Below, piece by piece: positions 9,740-18,095 of a stretch of DNA of 64,000 nt. A program made the translations under genes and the position numbers. How positions within the stretch are numbered: the first letter of the stretch is position 1; every line of letters begins with the position of its first letter. This DNA is from an uncultured Actinomycetota bacterium (lineage in GTDB: Bacteria; Actinomycetota; Actinomycetes; Actinomycetales; CAVURS01): the NCBI GenBank assembly GCA_963795385.1, contig CAWCHK010000012.1, positions 2,443-66,442 on the forward strand, in the 5' to 3' direction. Below the pieces are notes generated by a model, which worked only from the letters and a program-made list of their open reading frames with translations, was not told the origin of the DNA and searched no databases.

Positions 9740-10022
9740 GACCGGCTCCCTCCGGGACCGCAGCCGGGCCGGCCCGTCGACCGGGCTCGCCCTTCCGCGA
9801 GGCCTCACGCCCCGCTGGCTCAAGGCGTCCACCAAATTCTGCCTCACGAATCCGCCACCGGCCTCTTGCACCTGCGGACGGCCGACTCCTCGACCCACAC
9901 GCCGCGATGGCGGCGTACATTCGGGGGTGGCGGCTTCAGCCACGAGGCGCGTTTGCAGGGGTCGTTGTCTGGCGCGCTCGGTACTGAGAGCTCCAGCAGC
10001 TCACCTAGAGCCTGGAGTCTCG

Positions 10023-10718
10023 ATGCCTCCGCTACGTTCGGACGACGCCGCCGCGTTCGCGCGGATCAGCCAGGAGCTGCTCGCCGAGCCCCGGTTCGAG
10101 ATGACCCTGCAGCGGGTGGTCGACCTGGCGGTCGAGACCATCGGGGGTTGCGACTTCGCCGGGATCTCATTGCGGCGCGGCGCCAAGGTGGAGACGCCCG
10201 CGTCCACCGACCCGGTCGTCGACCGGCTCGACCAGGCCCAGTACGACCTGCAGGAGGGCCCCTGCCTGGACGCCATCTGGGTCGAGGACATCTACCGGAT
10301 CCAGGACATGGCCCGCGAGCAGCGCTGGCCGCACTGGGCCCCCATGGCGGCGGCCGCCGGGATCGGCAGCACCCTCAGCGTCCGGCTCTCCACCGAGGAC
10401 GACGTCGTCGGCGGCCTCAACCTCTACTCCCGCCGGGTCGAGGGCTTCGACGACGAGGCGATCATCACCGCGCACATCTACGCCACGCACGCCAGCAGCG
10501 CCATCGCCCTGACCAACGAGATCGACACGCTGACCACCGCCCTGCAGAGCCGGCACGCCATCGGCGTCGCCCAAGGCCTGCTGATGTTCCGCTACGGCCT
10601 GGACGAGCAGTCGGCCTTCCAGGTGCTGCGCCGGCTCTCCTCCCACGAGAACGTCAAGCTCCGCGACATCGCCGGGCGGGTCATCCAGGAGTTCCGGCAG
10701 ACCGGAACCCTGGCCTGA
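10023..10718 (+). CDS. GAF and ANTAR domain protein (paralogue)
   Basis: DQAQYDLQEGPCL and ALQSRHAIGVAQGLLM.RYGL....AFQVLRRLSSHENVKLRDIA. Confidence 0.9.
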   Translation: MPPLRSDDAAAFARISQELLAEPRFEMTLQRVVDLAVETIGGCDFAGISLRRGAKVETPASTDPVVDRLDQAQYDLQEGPCLDAIWVEDIYRIQDMAREQRWPHWAPMAAAAGIGSTLSVRLSTEDDVVGGLNLYSRRVEGFDDEAIITAHIYATHASSAIALTNEIDTLTTALQSRHAIGVAQGLLMFRYGLDEQSAFQVLRRLSSHENVKLRDIAGRVIQEFRQTGTLA

Positions 10719-10747
10719 CCGGATGTTCGGGCCCTCGGGCAGCTCGC

Positions 10748-10765
10748 GGCCCGGCGGGCCGGGCC
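10748..10765. terminator. Possible hairpin terminator between convergent genes
   Basis: GGCCCGG-CGGG-CCGGGCC stem-loop, no U-tract. Confidence 0.3.
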
Positions 10766-10769
10766 ACCA

Positions 10770-11423
10770 TCACTGGGCGGCTGCGAGACGCAGGTCGCTG
10801 ACCAGCGCGTCGTACATCGTGGCCCGGTCCGCCCCCTGAGCCCGCAGGACGGCCGACGGGTGGTTCGTCGCGACGACCCCGGCGATGGGCAGCCGGCTGT
10901 CGGCGAAGGTGCCAGCGGCGGGCGGCCAGCCGAGCACCTCGCCGCGATGCCGGCTCAGCCGGAACGCACTCCCGAGCAGGGCACCCGAGGCCACCGCCCC
11001 GAGGGCCACCACCACGCGGGGCCGGACGACACCCAGCTCGGCCTCCAACCAGGGCAGGCAAGCCGTCACGTGCCGGGCCGCCGGCTGGTCGTGGATCCGG
11101 CGCTTGCCGGTCCCGGCGGCCTTCCACCGGAAGTGCTTGACCGCATTGGTCAGGTACGTCTCGTCCCGGTCGATGCCGGCATCCGCCAGCGCCCGGTCGA
11201 GCAGGCGACCGGCCGGACCGACGAACGGCTCACCCTCGACGTCCTCGACGTCGCCGGGCTGCTCCCCCACCAGGACGAGCGCTGCCCGGGCCCGGCCGCT
11301 GCCGAAGACGGTCTGCGTCGCCCGCTGGTAGAGCTCGCAGCCACGACAGCCCTCCGCGGCCCGGGCCAGGGTGCGCACGCTCCTCGTCGCGGGGACGAAC
11401 TCGGCCGCTCCGGTCTCGGTCAT
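10770..11423 (-). CDS. udgX: UdgX-type family-4 uracil-DNA glycosylase/uracil-binding protein
   Basis: CRGC Fe-S motif, GEQPG, NAVKH, KRRIH R-loop, HPS motif. Confidence 0.88.
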   Translation of the reverse strand: MTETGAAEFVPATRSVRTLARAAEGCRGCELYQRATQTVFGSGRARAALVLVGEQPGDVEDVEGEPFVGPAGRLLDRALADAGIDRDETYLTNAVKHFRWKAAGTGKRRIHDQPAARHVTACLPWLEAELGVVRPRVVVALGAVASGALLGSAFRLSRHRGEVLGWPPAAGTFADSRLPIAGVVATNHPSAVLRAQGADRATMYDALVSDLRLAAAQ

Positions 11424-11432
11424 GGTCCTGCA

Positions 11433-11470
11433 CGCCTTGCCTGCCAGGGGGATCCAGCCTCGCGCCCAGC
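11433..11470 (-). promoter_or_regulatory. Conserved upstream motif, copy 2 (GCTGGATCCCCCTGGCAGGCAAGGCG)
   Basis: The 25-26 nt core matches 485-509 apart from one substitution and one indel. Confidence 0.55.
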
Positions 11471-11548
11471 CCATCAGCGCCCGGTGGCCGCGGCAACTCG
11501 AACCCGTGATGCTGGATCGAGGCCCACCCGCCCCGGACAGGGAGTGCA

Positions 11549-12250
11549 ATGACCCACAACGCGACCGGCACCCGTACCGACGACTCGACGGACACGGCGA
11601 TCTTCGACGTCGACGGCACCCTGGTGGACACCAACTACCAGCACGCGTTGGCCTGGTTCCGTGCCTTCCGGCAGGTCGACCTGACCGTGCCGATCTGGCG
11701 GATCCACCGGGCCATCGGCATGGGCGGCGACCAGCTCGTGGCCGCGGTGAGCGACGACCGCACCGAGGAGCAGCACGGCGACCGGCTACGAGCGGCCTGG
11801 AGCGAGGAGTTCGAGCCGATGCTCGGGGAGGTGCAGCCGTTCGAGGGTGTCCACGAGCTGTTGCGGGAGGTACGGCGGCGAGGCTTCCGCGTCGTGCTGG
11901 CCAGCTCGGGCAAGCAGGAGCACGTCGAGCACTACCTGGAGCTGATCGGCGGCCGCGAGCTGGCCGACGACTGGACCACCTCCGACGACGTCGAGGCGAC
12001 CAAGCCCGCGCCCGACCTGGTCCAGGTGGCTCTGGCCAAGGTCGGCGGCCGCTCCGGCGTGATGGTCGGGGACTCGACCTGGGACAGCGTCGCCGCCGGC
12101 AACGCCGGCGTCGCGTCGGTGGCGGTGCGCACGGGTGGCTTCTCGGTCGAGGAGCTGCGCGAGGCGGGAGCGGAGCAGGTCTACGACTCTCTGGTCGAGC
12201 TCCGCGAGAACCTCGACGCGACAGCGCTTTCCGCGCCTCGGACCCGCTGA
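11549..12250 (+). CDS. HAD-superfamily hydrolase
   Basis: FDVDGTLVD, KPAPD, VGDSTWD. Confidence 0.9.
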   Translation: MTHNATGTRTDDSTDTAIFDVDGTLVDTNYQHALAWFRAFRQVDLTVPIWRIHRAIGMGGDQLVAAVSDDRTEEQHGDRLRAAWSEEFEPMLGEVQPFEGVHELLREVRRRGFRVVLASSGKQEHVEHYLELIGGRELADDWTTSDDVEATKPAPDLVQVALAKVGGRSGVMVGDSTWDSVAAGNAGVASVAVRTGGFSVEELREAGAEQVYDSLVELRENLDATALSAPRTR

Positions 12251-12336
12251 GAGACGATGCGCCCTCGCCGCAACGTTCTCCGGCTCGCCGGCCGGTCGGG
12301 GACATGTCACCGTAGCGCCGGACGATCGGGGTCGAT

Positions 12337-13368
12337 GTGCGCGTACTCGTGACCGGAGTGACCGGGAATGTCGGGACGGCGGTGGCCGAACGGCTGGCCC
12401 GCGAGTCCGACATCGCCGTGGTCGGCGCGAGCCGCCGTCCGCCGGCGCGAGGGACACTGCCCATCGCCGAGTGGCACCCGATCGACCTGTCGCGCAGCGA
12501 CTCCTCCGGTGCGCTGGGCGCCGCGCTGCAGGGCATCGACGCGGTGGTCCATCTCGCGTGGCAGATCCAGCCCAGCCACGACGCGCAGGTGATGACGGCG
12601 ACCAACGTCGAGGGCACCCTGCGCGTGGTGCGGGCCGCGGCCGAGGCCGGGGTCCAGCACGTCGTCGTCGCCAGCTCGGTGGGCGCGTACAGCCCCGGCC
12701 CGAAGACCGAGCGGGTGCCCGAGAGCTGGCCGACCGACGGCATCGCCACGTCGATGTACAGCCGCCACAAGGCCGAGGTCGAGCGCCGGCTCGACCGTTG
12801 CGAGGCCGAGCGGCCGGGGTGCACGATCACGCGCCTGCGGCCCGGACTGATCTTCCAGAAGGAGGCGGCCAGCGAGATCGCCCGCTACTTCCTCGGTCCG
12901 TTGGTCCCCGTCCGGGCGCTGACCCGGGCGCACCTGCCGCGTGTGCCGCTGCCGCGGGAGTTCGTGTTCCAGGCCGTGCACGCCGACGACGTCGCAGAGG
13001 CCTACCTCCTCGCCCTGCGAGCCCGCGCCGGCGGCGCGTTCAACATCGCCGCCGAGCCCGCTCTGGGGCCGGAACACCTGGCCGCAGTCGTTGGAGGCAA
13101 AGCCGTCCCGGCGCCGCTGAGCCTCTTCCGGGCCGGGGCGCAGCTGACCTGGCGCGCTCGGCTCCAGCCCACCGATCGGGGCTGGGTCGACCTCGCGGCC
13201 CGGTCTCCGTTGATGGCGACCTCCCGCGCCCGCGATGTGCTCGGCTGGCAGCCGCGCCACGACGCGCAGGCGGCGCTGAAGGACCTGGTCGACGGCCTGC
13301 GGGCCGGGGCGCACGGCACGACGCCCCCGCTGAGGTCGCGCCGGCACCAACGATGGCGCACTCAGTAG
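12337..13368 (+). CDS. NAD-dependent epimerase/dehydratase family protein
   Basis: VTGVTGNVG Rossmann motif, HLAW, SSVGAY, YSRHK. Confidence 0.88.
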   Translation: MRVLVTGVTGNVGTAVAERLARESDIAVVGASRRPPARGTLPIAEWHPIDLSRSDSSGALGAALQGIDAVVHLAWQIQPSHDAQVMTATNVEGTLRVVRAAAEAGVQHVVVASSVGAYSPGPKTERVPESWPTDGIATSMYSRHKAEVERRLDRCEAERPGCTITRLRPGLIFQKEAASEIARYFLGPLVPVRALTRAHLPRVPLPREFVFQAVHADDVAEAYLLALRARAGGAFNIAAEPALGPEHLAAVVGGKAVPAPLSLFRAGAQLTWRARLQPTDRGWVDLAARSPLMATSRARDVLGWQPRHDAQAALKDLVDGLRAGAHGTTPPLRSRRHQRWRTQ

Positions 13369-13404
13369 CCGGGGCGTCCTTCTCCTCGAGGAGGATGGCG
13401 CCCC

Positions 13405-15903
13405 TCACCCGCCGGCCGCCGGGCCGGCACGCAGGGCCTGCCGGGACGACAGCGACACGGCCGTCGCCACCAGCAGCAGGGTCACCGCGACGATGGCGGC
13501 GCACCAGGCGAGCGGGGCGTACGGCGAGTGGCCAGGCGCCATGCCGTCGGTGTACGCCGTCAGGACACAGGTCCCCAGCAGCGCGCCCAGACTGACGGCG
13601 GTGACGACCACCGCGGTCGTCTCGAGCCTGAGCATGCCTCTGACCTGCCGTCGCTTCATGCCGCTGAGCCGGAGAGTGACGAACTCGCGGGACCGCGCCG
13701 TCGTCGCCATGGCCAACGTGTTCAGGATCGCGATCGCGGCGAACCCGAGGACCAGGCCCATCGCGAGATAGCCCACGAGGGCGGTATCGCCCTGCGCCGC
13801 AACAACTCTGGCTCGATAGTCGCGCGGGCTGACGACCCGAACCCCCGGCTCGACCGGCCCGGCCCGCTGAAGGGTCGCAGCAGTGCCACCGCGGACGAGC
13901 ACGGCCGACGCGAGCGGGACGTCGACGTGTGCGAGGACCAGGTCCAGCGGCAGCAAGGCATCGGTGAACCCCAACCCGCGGGCGTAGATCGCCGCCACGG
14001 TGAGCCCAGCCGTGTGCCCGTCGCCGAGCGTGACCGCGATCCGGTCACCCACGTGCGCGTCCCGGTGGCCGGCAGCGAGCGCGGACAGGGCGATGCCGCC
14101 CTCTCCCAGTCGGGCCAGCGAGCCCTGACGCACCTTCGGGTCGAACACGTCCGCCGCTCCCGTCGGGCTGACCCCGAGGGCCGGGTACTTGTCCGCCCCG
14201 AGCCGGATGGTCGTACCGAGCTCGGCCGCGGCAGCGGTCACGCCAGGGGCAGCACGCGCGGCCGAGACGACGTCGGCGGGCAGCCCCCGTCCGGTCGGGA
14301 GGACCACCGCATCGGCGCGGGTCCCGGCGTCCCGTTGATCCGTGGCTGCGTGCTGAATCGTGGTGGGGGAGAAGAGGATCGTCGCCGCGAGCGAGACGCC
14401 CAGAGTGATCGGAGTGATGACGGCGGCGATCCGCTGGGCGTTCGTGCGGTTGTTGGCAGTGGCCACGAAGCCCGTCCGCCGGAACGCTAGCTCCAGTGGC
14501 CGGCCGACCAGCTCGCTGGAGACCCGGGCGATGAGCGGACCCAGCAGTGCCACCGCGATGACCGCGACGACGGCGCAGAGCAGCGTCACCGGGCTGGCCG
14601 CCGGGTCCGTGTGGAGATGGCTCAGGACGGCCAGCAGTACGGCGTAGACCGCCACCGCCAGCATCCCCGCGGCCAGCCGGACCGGGCTCGGGCGGGTCGG
14701 TTCGACGGCCGCCTCGGTGAGGGCCTGGACCGGCTGGATCCGGATCGCGTGCCGGGCCGAGACGCGGGCGGCGGCCCAGGCGCCGACCACCACCACACCC
14801 AGACCCGCGACCAGGGGCAGCGGGCCGACCACGAGGCCGAGCTCGCTCGGGACGGTGTCGAAGGCGACGAACCGCGAGCGCAGCCAGGTCGCCAGGGGGA
14901 TGCCGACGGCGGCACCGGGCAGGCCGGCGATCACGGCGATCACGACGGCCTCGCGCCCGATCATCCGGCGGACCTGTCGCGGGGTGGCTCCGACCGCCCG
15001 GAGCAGCGCGAGCTCGCGCCGGCGCTGGCCGATCGACAGGGCGAACGTGCCGCTCACCACGAGCAGCGCAACGAGCAGGGACGTCCCGCCGAGCACTCCG
15101 GACAGGCTGATCAACGTCGTCCTGGCCCGGGCGGCAGTGGTGAGCTCCACCAGCCCGCGGGAGGTTCCGGTCGCGACGACCGCACCCGTGCCGGCCAAGG
15201 CTGCCCGCAGGCCGGGGACGTCCTCGATGCGGGCGTGGGGCAGGCCGACGGCGTACACCTGGCCCGGGTGGCCCGCGAGCGTGCGCGCGGTCGGGTCCGA
15301 GAAGAACAGGCTGGCCTGGTGCGACAGCGCCCGGCTCGTGATGCCGACCACGGTGTACGCCGCGACCCCGCCGGCGGTCTGCACGCGTGCGGTCTGCCCC
15401 ACCTGCAGGCCGGCCGACGCCGCCAGCCGGGGGTCGATCACGAGCTCACCCGGCGCGTCGGGAGCATGCCCGCTCCCGAGCCCGAGCGGTGCCAGCGCGG
15501 CCGACGACCAGCCGTGGCCCCACGACGGACGGTGACCCGGAGCGGCACCCGACCGGTCGGAGGCTGCGAGGACGGTTGCGGCGAAGGTCACCTCACTGAC
15601 GGCTCCCGCGGCACCGGGGTGACCTCGCAGCCGGTCCACCACCGACTGGTCGAGCCAGGCGTGATCCGTGAGCGGCTTCGCCTTGTGCTTGCCGTTGCCC
15701 TTGGTGAAGTGGACCGACTGGCTCGCGGTGACGACGACCGGCGCCGCGGCGTACCGCTCGGTGGCGACCCGTCCGCCCAGGCCGGTCTGCAGCAGGAGGC
15801 CGCAGGCCGCGACCAAGGCTGATGCCGCGAACAGCGCGACGAACGTGGCGACGAAGCCGGGCAGCCGGGCCCGCAGGGTCGCGAGGGCGAGCCGGCCGGT
15901 CAC
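13405..15903 (-). CDS. FtsX/MacB-like ABC transporter permease (duplicated)
   Basis: Two FtsX repeats (QRRRELALLRAVGAT; ARSREFVTLRLSGM), multiple TM segments. Confidence 0.88.
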   Translation of the reverse strand: MTGRLALATLRARLPGFVATFVALFAASALVAACGLLLQTGLGGRVATERYAAAPVVVTASQSVHFTKGNGKHKAKPLTDHAWLDQSVVDRLRGHPGAAGAVSEVTFAATVLAASDRSGAAPGHRPSWGHGWSSAALAPLGLGSGHAPDAPGELVIDPRLAASAGLQVGQTARVQTAGGVAAYTVVGITSRALSHQASLFFSDPTARTLAGHPGQVYAVGLPHARIEDVPGLRAALAGTGAVVATGTSRGLVELTTAARARTTLISLSGVLGGTSLLVALLVVSGTFALSIGQRRRELALLRAVGATPRQVRRMIGREAVVIAVIAGLPGAAVGIPLATWLRSRFVAFDTVPSELGLVVGPLPLVAGLGVVVVGAWAAARVSARHAIRIQPVQALTEAAVEPTRPSPVRLAAGMLAVAVYAVLLAVLSHLHTDPAASPVTLLCAVVAVIAVALLGPLIARVSSELVGRPLELAFRRTGFVATANNRTNAQRIAAVITPITLGVSLAATILFSPTTIQHAATDQRDAGTRADAVVLPTGRGLPADVVSAARAAPGVTAAAAELGTTIRLGADKYPALGVSPTGAADVFDPKVRQGSLARLGEGGIALSALAAGHRDAHVGDRIAVTLGDGHTAGLTVAAIYARGLGFTDALLPLDLVLAHVDVPLASAVLVRGGTAATLQRAGPVEPGVRVVSPRDYRARVVAAQGDTALVGYLAMGLVLGFAAIAILNTLAMATTARSREFVTLRLSGMKRRQVRGMLRLETTAVVVTAVSLGALLGTCVLTAYTDGMAPGHSPYAPLAWCAAIVAVTLLLVATAVSLSSRQALRAGPAAGG

Positions 15904-16664
15904 GAGACCGCCCGGGGCCGCAGTGCCGCCATCCGGGCGACGATCTGTTGGTGCGTGGGGCGATTCAGCCGGTCGACCAGCTGCCCGTCGGCCAGGAAGA
16001 GGACGGCGTCGGCGTAGCTCGCCGCGACCGCGTCATGGGTGACCATGACCACCGACTGGCCGGCCCGGTCCACCGCGGCGCGCAACAGCTGCAGCACGTC
16101 GGCGCCGGTCTCGCTGTCCAGGGCACCGGTCGGCTCGTCCGCGAACAGGACGGCCGGGCGAGTCACCAGCGCGCGAGCGATGGCGACCCGCTGCTGCTGG
16201 CCGCCGGAGAGCTGCGCCGGCCGATGCCGGACCCGGTCGGCCAGGCCGACCCACTGGATCACCTGGCCCAGCCAGGCCCGGTCCGGACGCCGTCCGGCCA
16301 GCCGGAGCGGGAGGGTGACGTTCTGGCTCACCGTCAACGACCCCACGAGGTTGAACGACTGGAAGACGAAGCCCACCCGTTCGCGACGCAGCTCGGTCAG
16401 CCTCGGCTCGCTCAGGGTGCCGATCTCCTCGCCGGCCAGGCGGACGCTGCCGGAGGTCGGCCGGTCCAGGCCGGCGGCACAGTGCAGGAAGGTGCTCTTG
16501 CCCGAGCCGGACGGACCCATGACGGCGGTGAACGACGCGCGCGGGATCGCGACCGAGACGCCGCGCAGCGCGTGGACGGCATGCGCGCGCGCACCGTAGC
16601 TCTTGTGCACGTCGGTCAGCTCGACGCAGTACGCCGACGGCGTCGCGGCTGCTCGCCTGGCCAT
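15900..16664 (-). CDS. ABC transporter ATP-binding protein (LolD/MacB type)
   Basis: GPSGSGKS, LSGGQQQR, ADEPTGALD, VTHD. Confidence 0.92.
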   Translation of the reverse strand: MARRAAATPSAYCVELTDVHKSYGARAHAVHALRGVSVAIPRASFTAVMGPSGSGKSTFLHCAAGLDRPTSGSVRLAGEEIGTLSEPRLTELRRERVGFVFQSFNLVGSLTVSQNVTLPLRLAGRRPDRAWLGQVIQWVGLADRVRHRPAQLSGGQQQRVAIARALVTRPAVLFADEPTGALDSETGADVLQLLRAAVDRAGQSVVMVTHDAVAASYADAVLFLADGQLVDRLNRPTHQQIVARMAALRPRAVS

Positions 16665-16800
16665 GGGTGGACCACCTCCGTTGAGTCGGTCGCGACGGAT
16701 CTCGCCGCTCCTTCGACCGTAGGCAGGAGCCGCGTCCCGATCACTCCCGCTGCCACCCGCGCGGAGGGTGGGGCTAACCCGAGGGCTTCCTTCCCTGATG

Positions 16801-16837
16801 CCTAACCGTTAGTCTCCCTGCATACCTAACCGTTAGG
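16801..16837. promoter_or_regulatory. Two palindromic operators CCTAAC-C-GTTAG(G), probable PadR sites
   Basis: CCTAACCGTTAG at 16801-16812 and CCTAACCGTTAGG at 16825-16837, directly before padR. Confidence 0.7.
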
Positions 16838-16845
16838 GGTAGAGG

Positions 16846-17364
16846 ATGCAGCAAGAGGTCGTCCTGGCCTTGCTGGCCAAGGAACCGTCGCACGGCTACG
16901 AGCTGCGAGCGCAGATCGAGCGGGCTCTGGGACCGCTGGCCTCCGGCTTCAACGCCGGCCAGATGTACGTCACCCTCGGCCGGCTCGAGCAGGCCGGGCT
17001 GGTCGCATCCACCCGCGAGGCAGCCGCGTCCGAGCGACCCGAACGACGGACCTACGACCTGACCGCGGCCGGACGGGTACGGGTCCAGGAGTGGCTGACC
17101 GACGTCGCCTGGCCGCGGCCGGACCTCACGAACTTCCACCTCAAGCTGGTGGTCGCCGCGGCCGGGCGTCTCGCCGACCCGATCGCCCTGGTGGCCGCTC
17201 AGCGCCGAGAGCTCGTCCGCCGGGTTCGCGAGGCGCAGCAGGCAGCGATGGCCGAGCCGGACGGCTCGGACACTGCCCTCCTGCTCGAGGGCGTCGTGCT
17301 CCGGATCGAGGCCGACCTCACCTGGTTGGACGCCTGCGAGCGCGCGTGGGGAGCAGGGCGGTGA
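16846..17364 (+). CDS. PadR family transcriptional regulator
   Basis: LALLAKEPSHGYEL, GQMYVTLGRLE, Y.LT..GR, C-terminal EADLTWLD. Confidence 0.9.
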   Translation: MQQEVVLALLAKEPSHGYELRAQIERALGPLASGFNAGQMYVTLGRLEQAGLVASTREAAASERPERRTYDLTAAGRVRVQEWLTDVAWPRPDLTNFHLKLVVAAAGRLADPIALVAAQRRELVRRVREAQQAAMAEPDGSDTALLLEGVVLRIEADLTWLDACERAWGAGR

Positions 17365-18095
17365 GCGCGGCGATCCGGGTCGTCGGCCTGGCCAAGCACT
17401 ACGGCGCCGGAGAGGGTCTGATCCGCGCCGTCGACGACGTCGACCTCGAGGTCGCGACCGGCGAGGCCCTGGTGGTCACCGGCCCCAGTGGCTGCGGCAA
17501 GTCCACCCTGCTCCAGCTGATGGGCGGTCTGGATCGCGCCGACGCCGGCGAGGTCTGGATCGGTACGACGCGGATCGACGGGACCTCCGAGCGGGCCCGC
17601 GCCCGCCTGCGCCGCCAGCAGGTCGGGTTCGTCTTCCAGGAGTTCCACCTGATGGATGAGCTGACCGCGGTGGAGAACGTCGAGCTGCCGGCGCTGCTGG
17701 CCGGGACGCCGGTGCGCGAGGCCCGGCGACGCGCGAGCGCCGTGCTCGCGGAGGTGGGCCTCGCCGACCGCGAGCGGCACCGGCCCGGCGCCTTGTCCGG
17801 CGGTCAGAAGCAGCGCGTCGCGATCGCCCGCGCCCTGGTCAACCGCCCGGCCGTCGTCCTCGCCGACGAGCCCACCGGGAACCTCGACAGCGCGGCGACC
17901 ACCGAGGTGCTGCGCCTCTTCGCCCGCCTCCGCGCAGGCGGCCAGACCCTCGTGGTCGTCACCCACGACCAGCGGACCGCCGCTGCGGCCGACCGGATGG
18001 TCGCGATGCGCGACGGCGCCCTGGTCGAGGACGTGACCCTCGAGCCCACGACCGCCACCGCGGCCGAGATCCTCACTGCGGGGAGGCGCGAGTGA
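17361..18095 (+). CDS. ABC transporter ATP-binding protein
   Basis: GPSGCGKS, LSGGQKQR, ADEPTGNLD; GTGA coupling. Confidence 0.92.
   Translation: MSAAIRVVGLAKHYGAGEGLIRAVDDVDLEVATGEALVVTGPSGCGKSTLLQLMGGLDRADAGEVWIGTTRIDGTSERARARLRRQQVGFVFQEFHLMDELTAVENVELPALLAGTPVREARRRASAVLAEVGLADRERHRPGALSGGQKQRVAIARALVNRPAVVLADEPTGNLDSAATTEVLRLFARLRAGGQTLVVVTHDQRTAAAADRMVAMRDGALVEDVTLEPTTATAAEILTAGRRE

Noticed and set aside
10770..12830. 686-aa ORF suggesting a large UdgX fusion
   Set aside because: The N-terminal ~470 aa are Arg/Pro-rich antisense of the HAD and epimerase genes; the likely start is 11423
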